Positions 50,539-61,205 of a stretch of 64,000 nucleotides of DNA are shown here, one piece after another. The position numbers and the translations under genes are program-made. Below the pieces are notes generated by a model. It did no database searches and was not told where the DNA came from. It saw nothing but the letters and a program-made list of their open reading frames with translations. The stretch's first letter is position 1. Each line of letters starts with the position of its first letter. Source of the stretch: Leptospira biflexa (GTDB taxonomy: Bacteria > Spirochaetota > UBA4802 > JAGODF01); NCBI GenBank assembly GCA_020721925.1, contig DYLV01000001.1, positions 4,413 to 68,412 of the forward strand, in the 5' to 3' direction.

Positions 50539-51825
50539 ATGCTTCACATTATCGGCAACATCGCTCTGATAACCAGAGATTCTATGCGAAACATTTTACG
50601 GGCAATGATCGCCAGTTTTGGCATCATTATACTCATCGCTTTCATCGTGATGTATATCCCGTTCCGTGAATCCGTAAAGAATTATATTGAATCCAATATT
50701 TTCGGTAAGCTCGCAATAAACGAAATCGTAATATATCCTCCCAATGTCCGTAAAAACAATATTATCACCCCTTCATCAAGCATTGTAGGTGAAATTTCCG
50801 CCGATAAAATTCGCCGCATCAAATCCTTCCCGGAAATCGGCACCATGCACAGGGTTGCGCGCCTTGATTTCAAAACGAAAATACATGTGAGCCTTTTCGG
50901 CTATACTCGCTATCCATATGTGCCCATTTGTGGTGTGAACAAAGAATATATGAAGGGAAAAGTTCCTGGCTGGAAGAATTTTCGCAACACGCGCCCGGTG
51001 CCGCTTGTTGCTCCAAAACTGGTTCTTGAAATGCTCAATGAGTTTCTTGTCATAAAAAATATCCCTCGACTTGAAGAGAATTCACTCAAAGGATTTCCAA
51101 TAAACATCCTCATTTTTGAACCGCCCACCGCCGAACGGCCCGAGAAGGAATTGCAAGTACCCAGCACCCTCCTCGGTTTCGCCGATGTATTTCCTTTTCC
51201 GGCAGTGCTGATTCCGCTTGACTATATCACCGAATTTGCCAATGCAAAACGAAAAGAGCTCGGCATTCAGAAACGCGGCTACAAATATATCATGTCCATC
51301 GTCACCGTGAAAGACGTAAAAAAATTGCCTGAAGTATCCCGGAAAATTAAAAATCTTGGACTGGTCATAGAATCCCAGCAGGACATCGCCGCAAAAACCA
51401 ACAGCGCACTTGAAATAATCGACAGGTTTTCCTATCTGGTAATTGGCATACTGCTTGTCATCACCATCATTTCAATTTTCAACTCTTACCTCAATATAGT
51501 CTACATCCGGAGCTATAATTTTTCTTTGAAAAGAATCATCGGCGTCTCTAAACTTAGGATCATTATCGAATTCGTGGTCGAATCGGCGATAGTGGGTGCA
51601 CTTTTAGGCTCTGCGGGCTTTCTCATCGGTGATCGATTGCTTTCCTATTTATCTCAGAAGATCGGCCAGTGGATTCCCGTACTTCGCAGCATCACACTGA
51701 CCTCAGGCACGGAACATCTCTTTGTGTTGTCGATTCTCTTTTCGATTGTGATATCATCGCTTTCGGCACTTTTGCCCGCGATATTCGCGTCGAACATGAA
51801 CCTTTTTAAAGCATCAAGGAAATAA
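50539..51825 (+). CDS. ABC transporter permease, FtsX/MacB-like (4 TM plus large periplasmic loop)
   Basis: An N-terminal TM helix, a roughly 250-aa extracytoplasmic domain, and three C-terminal TM helices carrying the FtsX-type LKRIIGVSKLRIIIEFVVESAIVGALLG. Confidence 0.7.
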   Translation: MLHIIGNIALITRDSMRNILRAMIASFGIIILIAFIVMYIPFRESVKNYIESNIFGKLAINEIVIYPPNVRKNNIITPSSSIVGEISADKIRRIKSFPEIGTMHRVARLDFKTKIHVSLFGYTRYPYVPICGVNKEYMKGKVPGWKNFRNTRPVPLVAPKLVLEMLNEFLVIKNIPRLEENSLKGFPINILIFEPPTAERPEKELQVPSTLLGFADVFPFPAVLIPLDYITEFANAKRKELGIQKRGYKYIMSIVTVKDVKKLPEVSRKIKNLGLVIESQQDIAAKTNSALEIIDRFSYLVIGILLVITIISIFNSYLNIVYIRSYNFSLKRIIGVSKLRIIIEFVVESAIVGALLGSAGFLIGDRLLSYLSQKIGQWIPVLRSITLTSGTEHLFVLSILFSIVISSLSALLPAIFASNMNLFKASRK

Positions 51826-51861
51826 CAATTCAATACACCCCTTTAAAGGAGCGCGTATCTC

Positions 51862-52614
51862 ATGCTTGTCGTCGATAATGTCTGCATGTCGTTTAAAGGT
51901 AGAAAAATATTAGAAAACATCAACTTCACCGTACCTGAAAATTCTATAAACGTCATCATGGGAAAATCGGGTAGCGGTAAAAGCACTCTTTTGGGCATTA
52001 TGTCCGGTCTTTTAAAACCAACTAAGGGGCGGGTTTTATATCTCGGAAAAGATATCTACAGATGGGGCGATTTCAGAAGGTCGCACTTCAGAAATAAATC
52101 TATCGGCTTTGTTTTTCAGTTTTTTAATTTGCTTCCTGATTTGACTGCATATCAGAATATTCTTTATCCCGCTGCGCTCAATCCATTCTCTAGAAACAAA
52201 AGGAAGGAAGTGGATTATCTCATCGGTTATCTCGGACTCGAGCACATAATCCATAACTACCCCCCCACGCTCTCAGGGGGGGAACTCCAACGGGTGGCGA
52301 TCGCCAGGGCCATCATCAACAAGCCAAAGATCGTGCTTGCGGATGAACCTACCGGAAATCTTGACGACGATACCGCCGACCAGATCATTGCTCTATTCAA
52401 GGATATTTGCGACAAGCAGGGCATCTCGTTTGCGGTTGTCACACATGAAACGCGTTTTCTGAACATTGCAGATGCATATTATCGGATCGAGAAAGGCGTG
52501 CTGCAAAAACAGGAAATTTCACAGACAACTGTCGAACCGGTTATGAAGCAAAAGCCAAGTGAGACACTGAAAAACAGAACAGTGAAAGCAACTAAAAAGA
52601 AGAAAAAAAATTAA
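51862..52614 (+). CDS. ABC transporter ATP-binding protein (LolD/MacB-type)
   Basis: Walker A is GKSGSGKST, the signature motif is LSGGELQRVAIARA, and the Walker B region is LADEPTGNLD. Confidence 0.85.
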   Translation: MLVVDNVCMSFKGRKILENINFTVPENSINVIMGKSGSGKSTLLGIMSGLLKPTKGRVLYLGKDIYRWGDFRRSHFRNKSIGFVFQFFNLLPDLTAYQNILYPAALNPFSRNKRKEVDYLIGYLGLEHIIHNYPPTLSGGELQRVAIARAIINKPKIVLADEPTGNLDDDTADQIIALFKDICDKQGISFAVVTHETRFLNIADAYYRIEKGVLQKQEISQTTVEPVMKQKPSETLKNRTVKATKKKKKN

Positions 52615-52668
52615 ATCGTACATTCATATTGCAATACGATAAGCGAAGAAGAAAAATCCTTTTTTTCA

Positions 52669-54909
52669 TCATCGTATTTTTTCCAGTGGGGTGTATTTCT
52701 CCAAAAACACCTTCCTTCCCACGCCATCGAAATCTATCGTGAGTTTTACATTATCCCCTGTACCTTCTTTTTTCACGATTCTGCCATTCCCGAAACGGGG
52801 GTGCAACACCCTGTCGCGCACATTGAATACACTTTCGTCGGAAGACTCAAACCTACCCTGTATTTCCCCGGCTTCGAGATCTTCATAAAAAGGCTGGCGA
52901 TGGAAGACTCCTTCCCGAATGAAATGGCGTCCCGCCTCTTCCATATCTGTTTCGCCGTCATCTTCACTGAAGTACACATCTCGCCTGAGATGTGGCGGTA
53001 TTTCGAAAATGAAGCGCGACGCATCTCTATAGGCGACATCTCCCCACCTGCGACGCATTTCCGCACTTGTCATACAGAGATGCTCCATCGCACGGGTAAT
53101 TCCCACGTAGCAAAGCCTTCTCTCCTCCTCCAGCCCCTTCTCCGTATCGCTGGAATTCGCGTGAGGGAAAAGGCCTTCTTCCATACCGGTAAGAAACACC
53201 ACAGGAAATTCCAATCCTTTCGCGTTATGGACAGTCATAAGTGTCACCGCATTGTTGCGATCCTTCACCTCCGGATCTTCTTCAGAGGTGAGCAACGCAA
53301 TGTCCTGCAAAAATTGTTCAAGAGACGCATCGGAATTTTGTTGAGAGTACTCGTATATGCCATTGATAAGCTCGTCGATGTTTTCAAGCCTTGATTTCGC
53401 CTCCAGCGTGTTTTCCTCCTTGAGAGCCTGAATGTAGCCGGTCGACTGGAATACCGAGACGACAAAGTCGGCAAGCCGCATTGCCCCGGGAACAGCGGGA
53501 AGTGTTTCCAGTGCCTCGGCAATAATATTCCTGAATTCAGCGATCCCTTTCGGTAGAGAAATACGCAATTCATGGGCCCTAAGAATCACTTCCCACTCGC
53601 TCAGGTCATGTGTGTAAGCGGCATCCTGAATTTTTTCAATCGACGCCTTGCCAATTCCGCGAGAAGGGATGTTGATGATGCGCATCAGCGCTACCACATC
53701 TTGTGTGTTGACAATAAACCTGAGATAATACAGCAAATCTTTTATTTCTTTCCGGTCGTAAAACTTCAGCCCTCCGATCACCTTATATGGAATCCGTGCC
53801 TCACGACAGGCGGTTTCAAAGATTCTCGATTGCGCATTTGTACGGTAGAAAATCGCAAAATCGCCATGCGAGAGGTTTTCAGATTTCATCAGTTCATATA
53901 TTTTGCTTACCACGTATGTAGCTTCCGCGTATTCGTTCGCTGTCAGGCAGAAGAAAGGGAGCTCTCCCGTTCCCCTTGTTGCGCGAATATTCTTCTCCTT
54001 TCGTTCTATATTATTGGATATCACCGCTTTTGCCGCTTCCAGTATCTGTGAACGGGAACGATAATTCTCTTCCAGCACCACGATCTTCGCTTCTGGAAAA
54101 TCTTTTTCAAAATCGAGAATGTTCCGTATATCCGCTCCACGCCACGAGTAAATCGACTGGTCGTCGTCGCCAACGACGCAGATGTTGCGGCTTGTGCGGG
54201 AAAGTAGCATCGCTAAAAGGTACTGTGCATGATTGGTGTCCTGATATTCGTCAATCATGAAATAGCGCCATCGATTTTGAAGCTTCTCCAGTATATCTGG
54301 AATTCTTCGTAACAGCTCGACGCATTTGATAAGCAGATCATTGAAATCGAGCGCACAATTATCCTCCAGCGCGGCATGATATTTTTCAAATACCTCCGCA
54401 AAATCGAATTGATAGTATTTCGGCATCAGAGCAGTGATATCCGCTCCATCGATGTATTCAGCACGCTCTTTAATTTCTGAAATTTGTGAGGCGATTGAGG
54501 AAGGCTTCATTTTTTTTGGATCGATCCGAAGCGCAATGAGAATGTCTTTGATAACCGACTCCTGATCGGAACTATCGTATATGGAAAAATTGCCGGGAAC
54601 GCCTATTCGCTCTCCGTACCGACGCAGTATATATACTGCTGCGGAATGAAAGGTCTTGATAAACACATCCCTTCCACTAGGGCCGATCAGATCAATCACG
54701 CGGGTTCGCATCTCCTCGCACGCCTTGTTGGTAAACGTAACCGCAAATATTGACCGCGGCGGCACTACTTTTCCCTTTATCAAATATGCGATTCGATGGG
54801 TGATTACCCGTGTCTTTCCAGAGCCCGCTCCCGCTAAAATTAGAAGCGGTCCTTCGGTATAGAGTACCGCAGTTTTTTGATTTTCGTTCAGCTTGTCCAG
54901 TAACTGCAT
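52669..54909 (-). CDS. ATP-dependent DNA helicase, UvrD/PcrA/Rep family
   Basis: Walker A is AGAGSGKTRVITHRIAYL. Helicase motifs II-VI are present (DEYQDTN, VGDDDQSIYSWRGA, TVHNAKGLEFP). A C-terminal Tudor-like tail is present. The ATG at 54909 is preferred over the ORF start at 55011. Confidence 0.88.
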   Translation of the reverse strand: MQLLDKLNENQKTAVLYTEGPLLILAGAGSGKTRVITHRIAYLIKGKVVPPRSIFAVTFTNKACEEMRTRVIDLIGPSGRDVFIKTFHSAAVYILRRYGERIGVPGNFSIYDSSDQESVIKDILIALRIDPKKMKPSSIASQISEIKERAEYIDGADITALMPKYYQFDFAEVFEKYHAALEDNCALDFNDLLIKCVELLRRIPDILEKLQNRWRYFMIDEYQDTNHAQYLLAMLLSRTSRNICVVGDDDQSIYSWRGADIRNILDFEKDFPEAKIVVLEENYRSRSQILEAAKAVISNNIERKEKNIRATRGTGELPFFCLTANEYAEATYVVSKIYELMKSENLSHGDFAIFYRTNAQSRIFETACREARIPYKVIGGLKFYDRKEIKDLLYYLRFIVNTQDVVALMRIINIPSRGIGKASIEKIQDAAYTHDLSEWEVILRAHELRISLPKGIAEFRNIIAEALETLPAVPGAMRLADFVVSVFQSTGYIQALKEENTLEAKSRLENIDELINGIYEYSQQNSDASLEQFLQDIALLTSEEDPEVKDRNNAVTLMTVHNAKGLEFPVVFLTGMEEGLFPHANSSDTEKGLEEERRLCYVGITRAMEHLCMTSAEMRRRWGDVAYRDASRFIFEIPPHLRRDVYFSEDDGETDMEEAGRHFIREGVFHRQPFYEDLEAGEIQGRFESSDESVFNVRDRVLHPRFGNGRIVKKEGTGDNVKLTIDFDGVGRKVFLEKYTPLEKIR

Positions 54910-55091
54910 TTCGTGTTCTTTGTTAATATGAATTGAAAAAAATATTTCGTAGATATATATGCTAAAAGACATAATTTTCACAAGGCATTTCACATGCAGT
55001 ATAATAATCAAGCAGAATTACGTATTCATGATTGACAAAATAGATTGATACTATTAATCTATATCGATATATTCCAATTCTGGAGGATATC

Positions 55092-56003
55092 TTGAAAAAA
55101 GTGCTAAAAATTACCACAGGAGCTATTATTGTACTATTAGTCATCTTAGCCGGTGCAGGATGGTATTTCTCCGGGTTGGTGGTGAATCCTCACATAAAAA
55201 CCTATGAGGAAACCTATCAGATAGAGATTTCGAAGGGGCGTATTGATAAAGCGAAATTTGAATCACTCCCGTTTGAAGATGTGTATATACTTTCCCCGCA
55301 CGGGTATCGGCTTCATGCGCTCTACCTTGCAGCTGAAGATTCGAAGAAGACCATCATCTTTGCACACGGGTTTTCTTTTTCACTCTTAGGCTCGGTAAAG
55401 TACATGGATATTTTTCGGCGTTTAGGTTTTAACATCCTGATGTACGATCACCGGCATCATGGAAAAAGCGGCGGCAATAATGTGACGTTCGGGTACAGAG
55501 AAGCGGATGATCTTAAATCTGTCGTGAGCTGGGCGCTTCACAAACTTGGAGGACAAGGCATCATCGGCATTCACGGTGAATCAATCGGCGCTGCGGTAGC
55601 ATTGCAGCATGCTGCAATTGACAACCGAGCAAGTTTTTATATTTCCGACGGTTCATTCACCACTCTTCCAGAACTTTTAAAATTCCGACTGAAAGCCGAC
55701 TTCTGCTTACCCGCATTCCCGCTATATCATATCGCTTCGCTTTTCTCAAAGCTGCGCGCCGGATTTTTTTTCAAGTCAATATTACCTCTGTATTCAATAC
55801 AGGACACACGTGTTCCTGTGCTCTTCATTCACGGCGGTGCCGACACCTACATCCCAACCGAAATGGGAAAACGTCTTTTTGAAAGCTACCGAGGCAGAAA
55901 ATCTCTCTACCTGTGTCCTGGCGCGAAACATTCTGAATCATTTTTGACAGACAAGAAAGAATATGAAAAGAGGGTTAAGGAATTTTTATTAGAGATATTG
56001 TAA
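55092..56003 (+). CDS. alpha/beta hydrolase with N-terminal membrane anchor
   Basis: An N-terminal TM helix is present. The nucleophile elbow is GESIGAA and the HGG oxyanion region is IIFAHGF. Confidence 0.7.
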   Translation: MKKVLKITTGAIIVLLVILAGAGWYFSGLVVNPHIKTYEETYQIEISKGRIDKAKFESLPFEDVYILSPHGYRLHALYLAAEDSKKTIIFAHGFSFSLLGSVKYMDIFRRLGFNILMYDHRHHGKSGGNNVTFGYREADDLKSVVSWALHKLGGQGIIGIHGESIGAAVALQHAAIDNRASFYISDGSFTTLPELLKFRLKADFCLPAFPLYHIASLFSKLRAGFFFKSILPLYSIQDTRVPVLFIHGGADTYIPTEMGKRLFESYRGRKSLYLCPGAKHSESFLTDKKEYEKRVKEFLLEIL

Positions 56004-56041
56004 ATCCCCCGCGAGCAACATACCCGCAGGGGATATCTGCT

Positions 56042-56788
56042 TCATCTCAGCGATTCCTTTACCAAAAGCGAATCAGCGATGGGTCGATTGTACCTCACTG
56101 ACTTAACAATGAGTTCAGTTTTGCCGCTTTGATCTGCCATAGTCATCACAACTTTATGAGGGGTGAGAATACCGCTAATTTTTTTAATATTATAGTTTTC
56201 AAGATATTTCAACATTTGTCCATTCCGGTAAAAATCAATGCGTACAATAAAGCAGTCAGATTTTCGCGCATAAAGGGTGGTCTTTTCGTAAATCTTCCCG
56301 CCGCCTTTTTTCACTGCATCCACTTTGTAGCAATCAAATCCCGCGGCTTTCCCATCGCCTGTGTAGGTATACTCATAATCATCAATCTGTCGCGAGGTGA
56401 GGTCTTCATACCAGAAGTGCGAATTGACAAATGACTTATCCTTATCGGATTGCGCAATTCGCTTTACTTTTCCGCTAGAAAGCCTCAGCCATTGATCGTC
56501 GTCCTTGGTTTTGTAGGTATGTGTAAGCAGTTTGATCTGCGTTGGCCTGGTAAACGAAATGAGCGCACGATCATTTGGGCCATAGTCTTTTGTGATAAGA
56601 TTGAACTCCTTTTCCATCACTGATCCGCTTTTCGTAATTAACATGAGAACTGTGCTTTCGGCGGTTTTTGGATCCGTAAGTGCATCGGCCTTGTCGATAA
56701 TTTCACGCCCTGTGAGCGCATGTGCGGCATGTGCGATCGCCATTGCACATATCGCGGTGCCAAGAAGATAAATAAAACCTTTTTTCAT
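56042..56788 (-). CDS. outer-membrane lipoprotein-sorting (LolA-like) family protein
   Basis: The signal peptide is MKKGFIYLLGTAICAMAIAHAAHA. The overall 248-aa pattern is GREIIDKADALTDPKTAEST ... unclosed beta-barrel, which resembles the LolA_like family. Confidence 0.5.
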   Translation of the reverse strand: MKKGFIYLLGTAICAMAIAHAAHALTGREIIDKADALTDPKTAESTVLMLITKSGSVMEKEFNLITKDYGPNDRALISFTRPTQIKLLTHTYKTKDDDQWLRLSSGKVKRIAQSDKDKSFVNSHFWYEDLTSRQIDDYEYTYTGDGKAAGFDCYKVDAVKKGGGKIYEKTTLYARKSDCFIVRIDFYRNGQMLKYLENYNIKKISGILTPHKVVMTMADQSGKTELIVKSVRYNRPIADSLLVKESLR

Positions 56789-56984
56789 AATAATACCTCC
56801 TTCTTATGTGGAGAAATACGATACGAATGGGCTTTCTGCATACTATTTAGAAAAATAGAACCGGATGTCAAGTGAAATAATAAAGAAAAACTCAATTGCA
56901 AAAATATTGACAAATTCCATGAAAGGATTGAGTTTTCATTAATTTAAACAATTTCACTTTCAAAAGAGAAGGGAAACAGGTAAA

Positions 56985-57449
56985 ATGAAACTTGAATTGG
57001 TAATAGAGCGAGTCCTTCTTCCCGGTATCCCACTTCGTGCCTTTCAACTCGTTTTTGGGGAAACCGCATGTTATTTCTTTCATTTATCATCAGATTGGGT
57101 AGGTTTTGGTGCAAAGGTATCAAGCCATGGCATTGAGGGCGTTGCAACAAAGATGGTCCTTTCCGCTCTTCGCGCAAAAAGTGAAACCGCCATTGCACAA
57201 AAAATGAAAGAATTGGAATCGCAAAATTTCGATGAATACCTACAAAAAGATCAAAGATCCGTAAAACTATCCTATAGCGACATTCTTTCCGTGCGACACA
57301 AAAAGAAAAGTCTCTGGAGCGGAGAAGCATTTTTTGAGTTTAAAACTAAAAAAGGGAATTATAAATTCAGATTGTATTCCGAAGAAGAGCGAGAAGCCAT
57401 CGCTGAACTTATAAAACGAAAGAGAAGCGATCTTTTCAAAAATACATAA
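56985..57449 (+). CDS. hypothetical protein (154 aa)
   Basis: An ORF with plausible composition and no motif recognised. Confidence 0.45.
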   Translation: MKLELVIERVLLPGIPLRAFQLVFGETACYFFHLSSDWVGFGAKVSSHGIEGVATKMVLSALRAKSETAIAQKMKELESQNFDEYLQKDQRSVKLSYSDILSVRHKKKSLWSGEAFFEFKTKKGNYKFRLYSEEEREAIAELIKRKRSDLFKNT

Positions 57450-57563
57450 GGGAATATTTACATACCGGCTTAATGAGATGTTCATTTTTTTTTCGCTGAT
57501 TTTTTACTAAAAAAAGCACCTTTTCGAGTTGCCTAAAAGAAGTTTACTCTGAGGAGAAAAATA

Positions 57564-57740
57564 ATGGCTTTCGGCCGTGATGGTTCTGAACTTGAAATAT
57601 CTGTACTCGATATGCAGGTGCGACTTATGGAAAGAGCTCTGGAGCATATTACACGAATGCGAGATTTATCGAAAGCGCCGGAAATCGCAAAGAAAGCACT
57701 CGATGAGGCGAGAGAAATTTCTAAACGTCTTGAACGATAA
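57564..57740 (+). CDS. small hypothetical protein (58 aa, predicted helical/coiled-coil); not in the supplied ORF track because it is under 60 aa
   Basis: A GAGGAG RBS lies 7 nt upstream of the ATG at 57564. The translation is MAFGRDGSELEISVLDMQVRLMERALEHITRMRDLSKAPEIAKKALDEAREISKRLER, with a TAA stop at 57738-57740. Confidence 0.4.
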   Translation: MAFGRDGSELEISVLDMQVRLMERALEHITRMRDLSKAPEIAKKALDEAREISKRLER

Positions 57741-57757
57741 AATAATAGAGTGAATAT

Positions 57758-58078
57758 ATGCCTTCAAATGAAATTGTCATTTTATGCACTGTACCGAATC
57801 AAGAAACTGCGGGAAAAGTTGCGCAAACCCTTGTTGAAGGAAAGCTAGCTGCATGCGTCAACATCATATCAGGGATCGTTTCCGTCTATCACTGGAAAGC
57901 TGAGTTATGCCGCGACAATGAATTCCTTTGCATTATCAAAAGCAAAGAATCGAACTTTTCCAAAATTGAAGCCGCCATACGAAGCATCCATCCATATGAA
58001 GTCCCGGAAGTCATTGCGCTACCAATTATACAGGGGCATGCACCCTATCTTGCCTGGATTCATGATGTCACCATTTAA
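57758..58078 (+). CDS. cutA: divalent-cation tolerance protein CutA
   Basis: 106 aa. The CutA1 motifs are [29 protein letters not shown] and YHWKAEL...[13 protein letters not shown]. Confidence 0.85.
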   Translation: MPSNEIVILCTVPNQETAGKVAQTLVEGKLAACVNIISGIVSVYHWKAELCRDNEFLCIIKSKESNFSKIEAAIRSIHPYEVPEVIALPIIQGHAPYLAWIHDVTI

Positions 58079-60077
58079 ACTCATTTCGAATTTTGTTCCT
58101 TCAGAAGACCAGAAAAAAGCCATCAGCGCACTTGTTGAAGGAATTTTAAAGGGTTATAAATACCAAACTTTGCTCGGGGTTACAGGTTCGGGAAAGACCT
58201 ACACCATGGCCAAAGTCATAGAAAAAATTGGGAAGCCCACGTTAGTTCTCACACACAACAAAACCCTTGCCGCACAACTTTTTCGCGAATTCAAGGAATT
58301 CTTTCCCGAAAATGCGGTGGAGTATTTCGTCTCGTACTACGATTACTACCAGCCAGAAGCCTACGTCGTCACACAGGATCTATACATTGAAAAAGATGCC
58401 TCGATCAATGATGAAATCGACCGGCTTCGACTCAAGGCGACGTCCTCATTGATCGATCGCAATGATGTGATCGTTGTTTCTTCGGTTTCATGTATCTATG
58501 GTCTGGGTAGCCCGATGAATTTCGAACTCATGCAGGTGCCCCTTCATGTGGGCGACGTGATCGACCGAAATGAACTTCTCCGCCGACTGGTGACAATTCA
58601 TTATGAACGAAACGATGTTGCCTTTCAGCGCGGCACATTCCGCGTGCGCGGCGATACCGTCGATGTCTTTCCTGCGTATTTGAAGTACGCAGTCCGTGTT
58701 GAATTCTTCGGCGATGAAATTGAAAGACTATTTGAATTTGACCCGATCTCAGGAAAAATTTTACAGAAGAAAGACACCACATACATCTACCCCGCCAAAC
58801 ATTTCGTATCACCGCCCGAAGAGATGAAAGAAACAATCCGTTTGATCGAAGAAGAGCTAAGAGAGCGCATTGCAGAATTAACAAAAGCGGGAAAACTTCT
58901 TGAAGCGAAGCGGCTTGAGACGCGTACCCGATACGATATGGAAATGCTTCTTACGATGGGCTATTGCCCGGGAATAGAAAATTATTCGCGGATAATCGCC
59001 AGAAGAAAACCCGGCGAGCCCCCAGAGTGTCTCCTGCACTATTTTAAAGGCGATTTTGTGATGTTTATCGATGAATCCCATGTGACCATCCCTCAGGTTC
59101 GGGGCATGTACGAAGGCGACCGCTCCAGAAAAATGAACCTTGTTGAACATGGCTTCAGACTCCCTTCAGCACTTGATAATCGTCCCCTCTATTTTGAAGA
59201 ATTCCAGGGTATCATTAGGAATGCGGTCTTTGTTTCCGCAACACCGGGTGATTTTGAACTCGAGGTAAGCGAACAGATAGTCGAGCAGGTGATACGCCCC
59301 ACAGGACTTCTGGATCCAATCATTGCAGTACGCCCTGCCGCACACCAGGTAGACGATCTTATTGGGGAAGTGAACAAGCGCGTTGCGCGGAACGAACGCA
59401 CCCTGGTGACCACTCTCACAAAAAAAATGGCTGAAGACCTCACCGATTATCTTCTTGATGCTGGCATCAAGGCGAATTATCTGCATTCTGAAATCGAGAC
59501 AATTGAACGCGTGGAAATACTCAGAGATCTGCGCAAAGGCGTGTTCGATTGTCTTGTGGGAATAAACCTTCTTCGCGAAGGGCTCGACCTGCCCGAAGTA
59601 TCGCTTGTGGCGATACTTGATGCCGATAAGGAAGGTTTTCTTCGCTCCTATCGGTCGCTTGTGCAAACTGCAGGACGCGCGGCGCGCAATGTCAACGGCA
59701 TGGTCATAATGTACTGCGATACAGTAACCGATTCCATGCGTCAGGCAATTGATGAAACCAATCGCCGCCGGGCACTTCAGGAGCAATACAATCGTATGCA
59801 TCACATTACCCCTGCCTCAATACAAAAAGAGGTGATGGACATCATCGAGCGTGAATATCACAGTGAAGACAGCTATGCCAGTTATGTTGCCGAATACAAA
59901 AAAGCATATACCACAAATTCAAAATCCGAACTTTCGGCCATGATCAAATCGATTCGAGAAGAAATGCTTCTTGCTGCTGAAGCGCTTGAGTTTGAAAAGG
60001 CCGCCGTCCTTCGCGATCAGATGATTGACATGGAAAAAAAACTTTCACTTTTAGAAAAGGCAACAGAACCTGCATAA
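58062..60077 (+). CDS. uvrB: excinuclease ABC subunit B
   Basis: The N-terminus [17 protein letters not shown] is followed by Walker A GVTGSGKT and the beta-hairpin/helicase motifs. The C-terminal UVR domain is [17 protein letters not shown]. The ATG at 58062 overlaps the cutA end by 17 nt. The ORF opens at 57918. Confidence 0.9.
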   Translation: MMSPFKLISNFVPSEDQKKAISALVEGILKGYKYQTLLGVTGSGKTYTMAKVIEKIGKPTLVLTHNKTLAAQLFREFKEFFPENAVEYFVSYYDYYQPEAYVVTQDLYIEKDASINDEIDRLRLKATSSLIDRNDVIVVSSVSCIYGLGSPMNFELMQVPLHVGDVIDRNELLRRLVTIHYERNDVAFQRGTFRVRGDTVDVFPAYLKYAVRVEFFGDEIERLFEFDPISGKILQKKDTTYIYPAKHFVSPPEEMKETIRLIEEELRERIAELTKAGKLLEAKRLETRTRYDMEMLLTMGYCPGIENYSRIIARRKPGEPPECLLHYFKGDFVMFIDESHVTIPQVRGMYEGDRSRKMNLVEHGFRLPSALDNRPLYFEEFQGIIRNAVFVSATPGDFELEVSEQIVEQVIRPTGLLDPIIAVRPAAHQVDDLIGEVNKRVARNERTLVTTLTKKMAEDLTDYLLDAGIKANYLHSEIETIERVEILRDLRKGVFDCLVGINLLREGLDLPEVSLVAILDADKEGFLRSYRSLVQTAGRAARNVNGMVIMYCDTVTDSMRQAIDETNRRRALQEQYNRMHHITPASIQKEVMDIIEREYHSEDSYASYVAEYKKAYTTNSKSELSAMIKSIREEMLLAAEALEFEKAAVLRDQMIDMEKKLSLLEKATEPA

Positions 60078-60103
60078 GTATTATGCTTGACAAACAAATC
60101 AAT

Positions 60104-60123
60104 AATACTGACATGTCAGTATT
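60104..60123. promoter_or_regulatory. 20-bp perfect palindrome AATACTGACA|TGTCAGTATT between uvrB and the downstream hydrolase gene
   Basis: Read directly from the sequence. It lies 27 nt after the uvrB stop and 40 nt before the ATG at 60163. It could be a terminator stem or an operator. Confidence 0.35.
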
Positions 60124-60162
60124 AAATTTCTTCTAAATCATTTTTTAGCCATGGGAGGACTT

Positions 60163-61134
60163 ATGAAATTGAGAAAGATAATAACCCCGCTGCTTCTTAT
60201 CCCCTTTCTCGCAGGATGCACGACCCTCGGCATGCGCACAATTCCTCTTGAAGATTTAAAATCGAAATACGCAAATGAGCACTCAAAATTCATTACAATC
60301 GATGGCACAACAATCCATTACCGTGACGAAGGCAAAGGTCCTGCAATTGTGCTCCTTCACGGGGTATGTGCATCTCTCCATACATGGGATGGCTGGGTGA
60401 AAGAACTCAAGGATCATTACAGACTGATTCGCATCGATAATCCCGGTTTTGGGCTTACAGGGCCCTTAGCCGATGGGAAATATACTCCAGAAAACTATGT
60501 GATGATGTTCGATAAATTCGTCACTGCAATAGGACTGGAAAAGTTTTCCATTGCCGCAAATTCTCTCGGTGGATATATTTCATGGAACTATTGTCTGAAA
60601 CACCCGAAAAAGGTCGATAAGCTCATTCTGATTGATTCTGTCGGCTTCAAACAGGATATGCCATGGCTTTTGAACTTTGCAATTAATCCACTCGTGCGTC
60701 CTTTTGCACGAAAAATGATCCCTCGATTTTTCATCAATAAAGCGGTAGCACAGGTCTATGGTGATCCAAAAAGAATAAAAGCTGATACACAAACCCGATA
60801 CTTCGAACTCGCCATGCGTGAAGGAAATAAGGCTGCATGGATTGATATTTTTTTTGAAATGAGAAAGTATTCATCGCTCGATACACTTTCCGAAGGCTTA
60901 AAAACCATACCACATCCTGTACTGGTGATGTGGGGATCAAAAGATATCTGGATTCCATACGAAGAAATATTCCCGAAGTGGAAAAACGAACTACCGCATG
61001 CGAAATTTATTGTCTATCAGGGGGTGGGCCATATTCCCATGGAGGAAATCCCACAGGAATCGGCGCGCGATGCGCACCTTTTTCTTTCCGGTAAGATGAT
61101 GCAATCAAAGCTTGCTACATTAAAGGAAAAATAA
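60163..61134 (+). CDS. alpha/beta hydrolase lipoprotein
   Basis: The lipoprotein signal is MKLRKIITPLLLIPFLAGC. The HG region is IVLLHGV and the nucleophile elbow is ANSLGG. A GGGAGGA RBS is present. Confidence 0.75.
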   Translation: MKLRKIITPLLLIPFLAGCTTLGMRTIPLEDLKSKYANEHSKFITIDGTTIHYRDEGKGPAIVLLHGVCASLHTWDGWVKELKDHYRLIRIDNPGFGLTGPLADGKYTPENYVMMFDKFVTAIGLEKFSIAANSLGGYISWNYCLKHPKKVDKLILIDSVGFKQDMPWLLNFAINPLVRPFARKMIPRFFINKAVAQVYGDPKRIKADTQTRYFELAMREGNKAAWIDIFFEMRKYSSLDTLSEGLKTIPHPVLVMWGSKDIWIPYEEIFPKWKNELPHAKFIVYQGVGHIPMEEIPQESARDAHLFLSGKMMQSKLATLKEK

Positions 61135-61205
61135 CTTTCGCGATAAATACAGAAAAACTGTTTAATTTGATTTGAAAAATAAACACTGCCATTTACAATG
61201 GCGTT

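Noticed and set aside
52801-54051. ORFs 52801..53394 and 53572..54051 on the plus strand
   Set aside because: They are antisense to the UvrD/PcrA helicase gene, whose motifs are intact on the minus strand.
59166-59804. 212-aa minus-strand ORF
   Set aside because: It is antisense to uvrB.
60104-60123. Possible LexA (SOS) box downstream of uvrB
   Set aside because: CTG-N6-CAG spacing does not fit the E. coli CTGT-N8-ACAG or the Gram-positive GAAC-N4-GTTC consensus. I kept it only as a generic palindrome.
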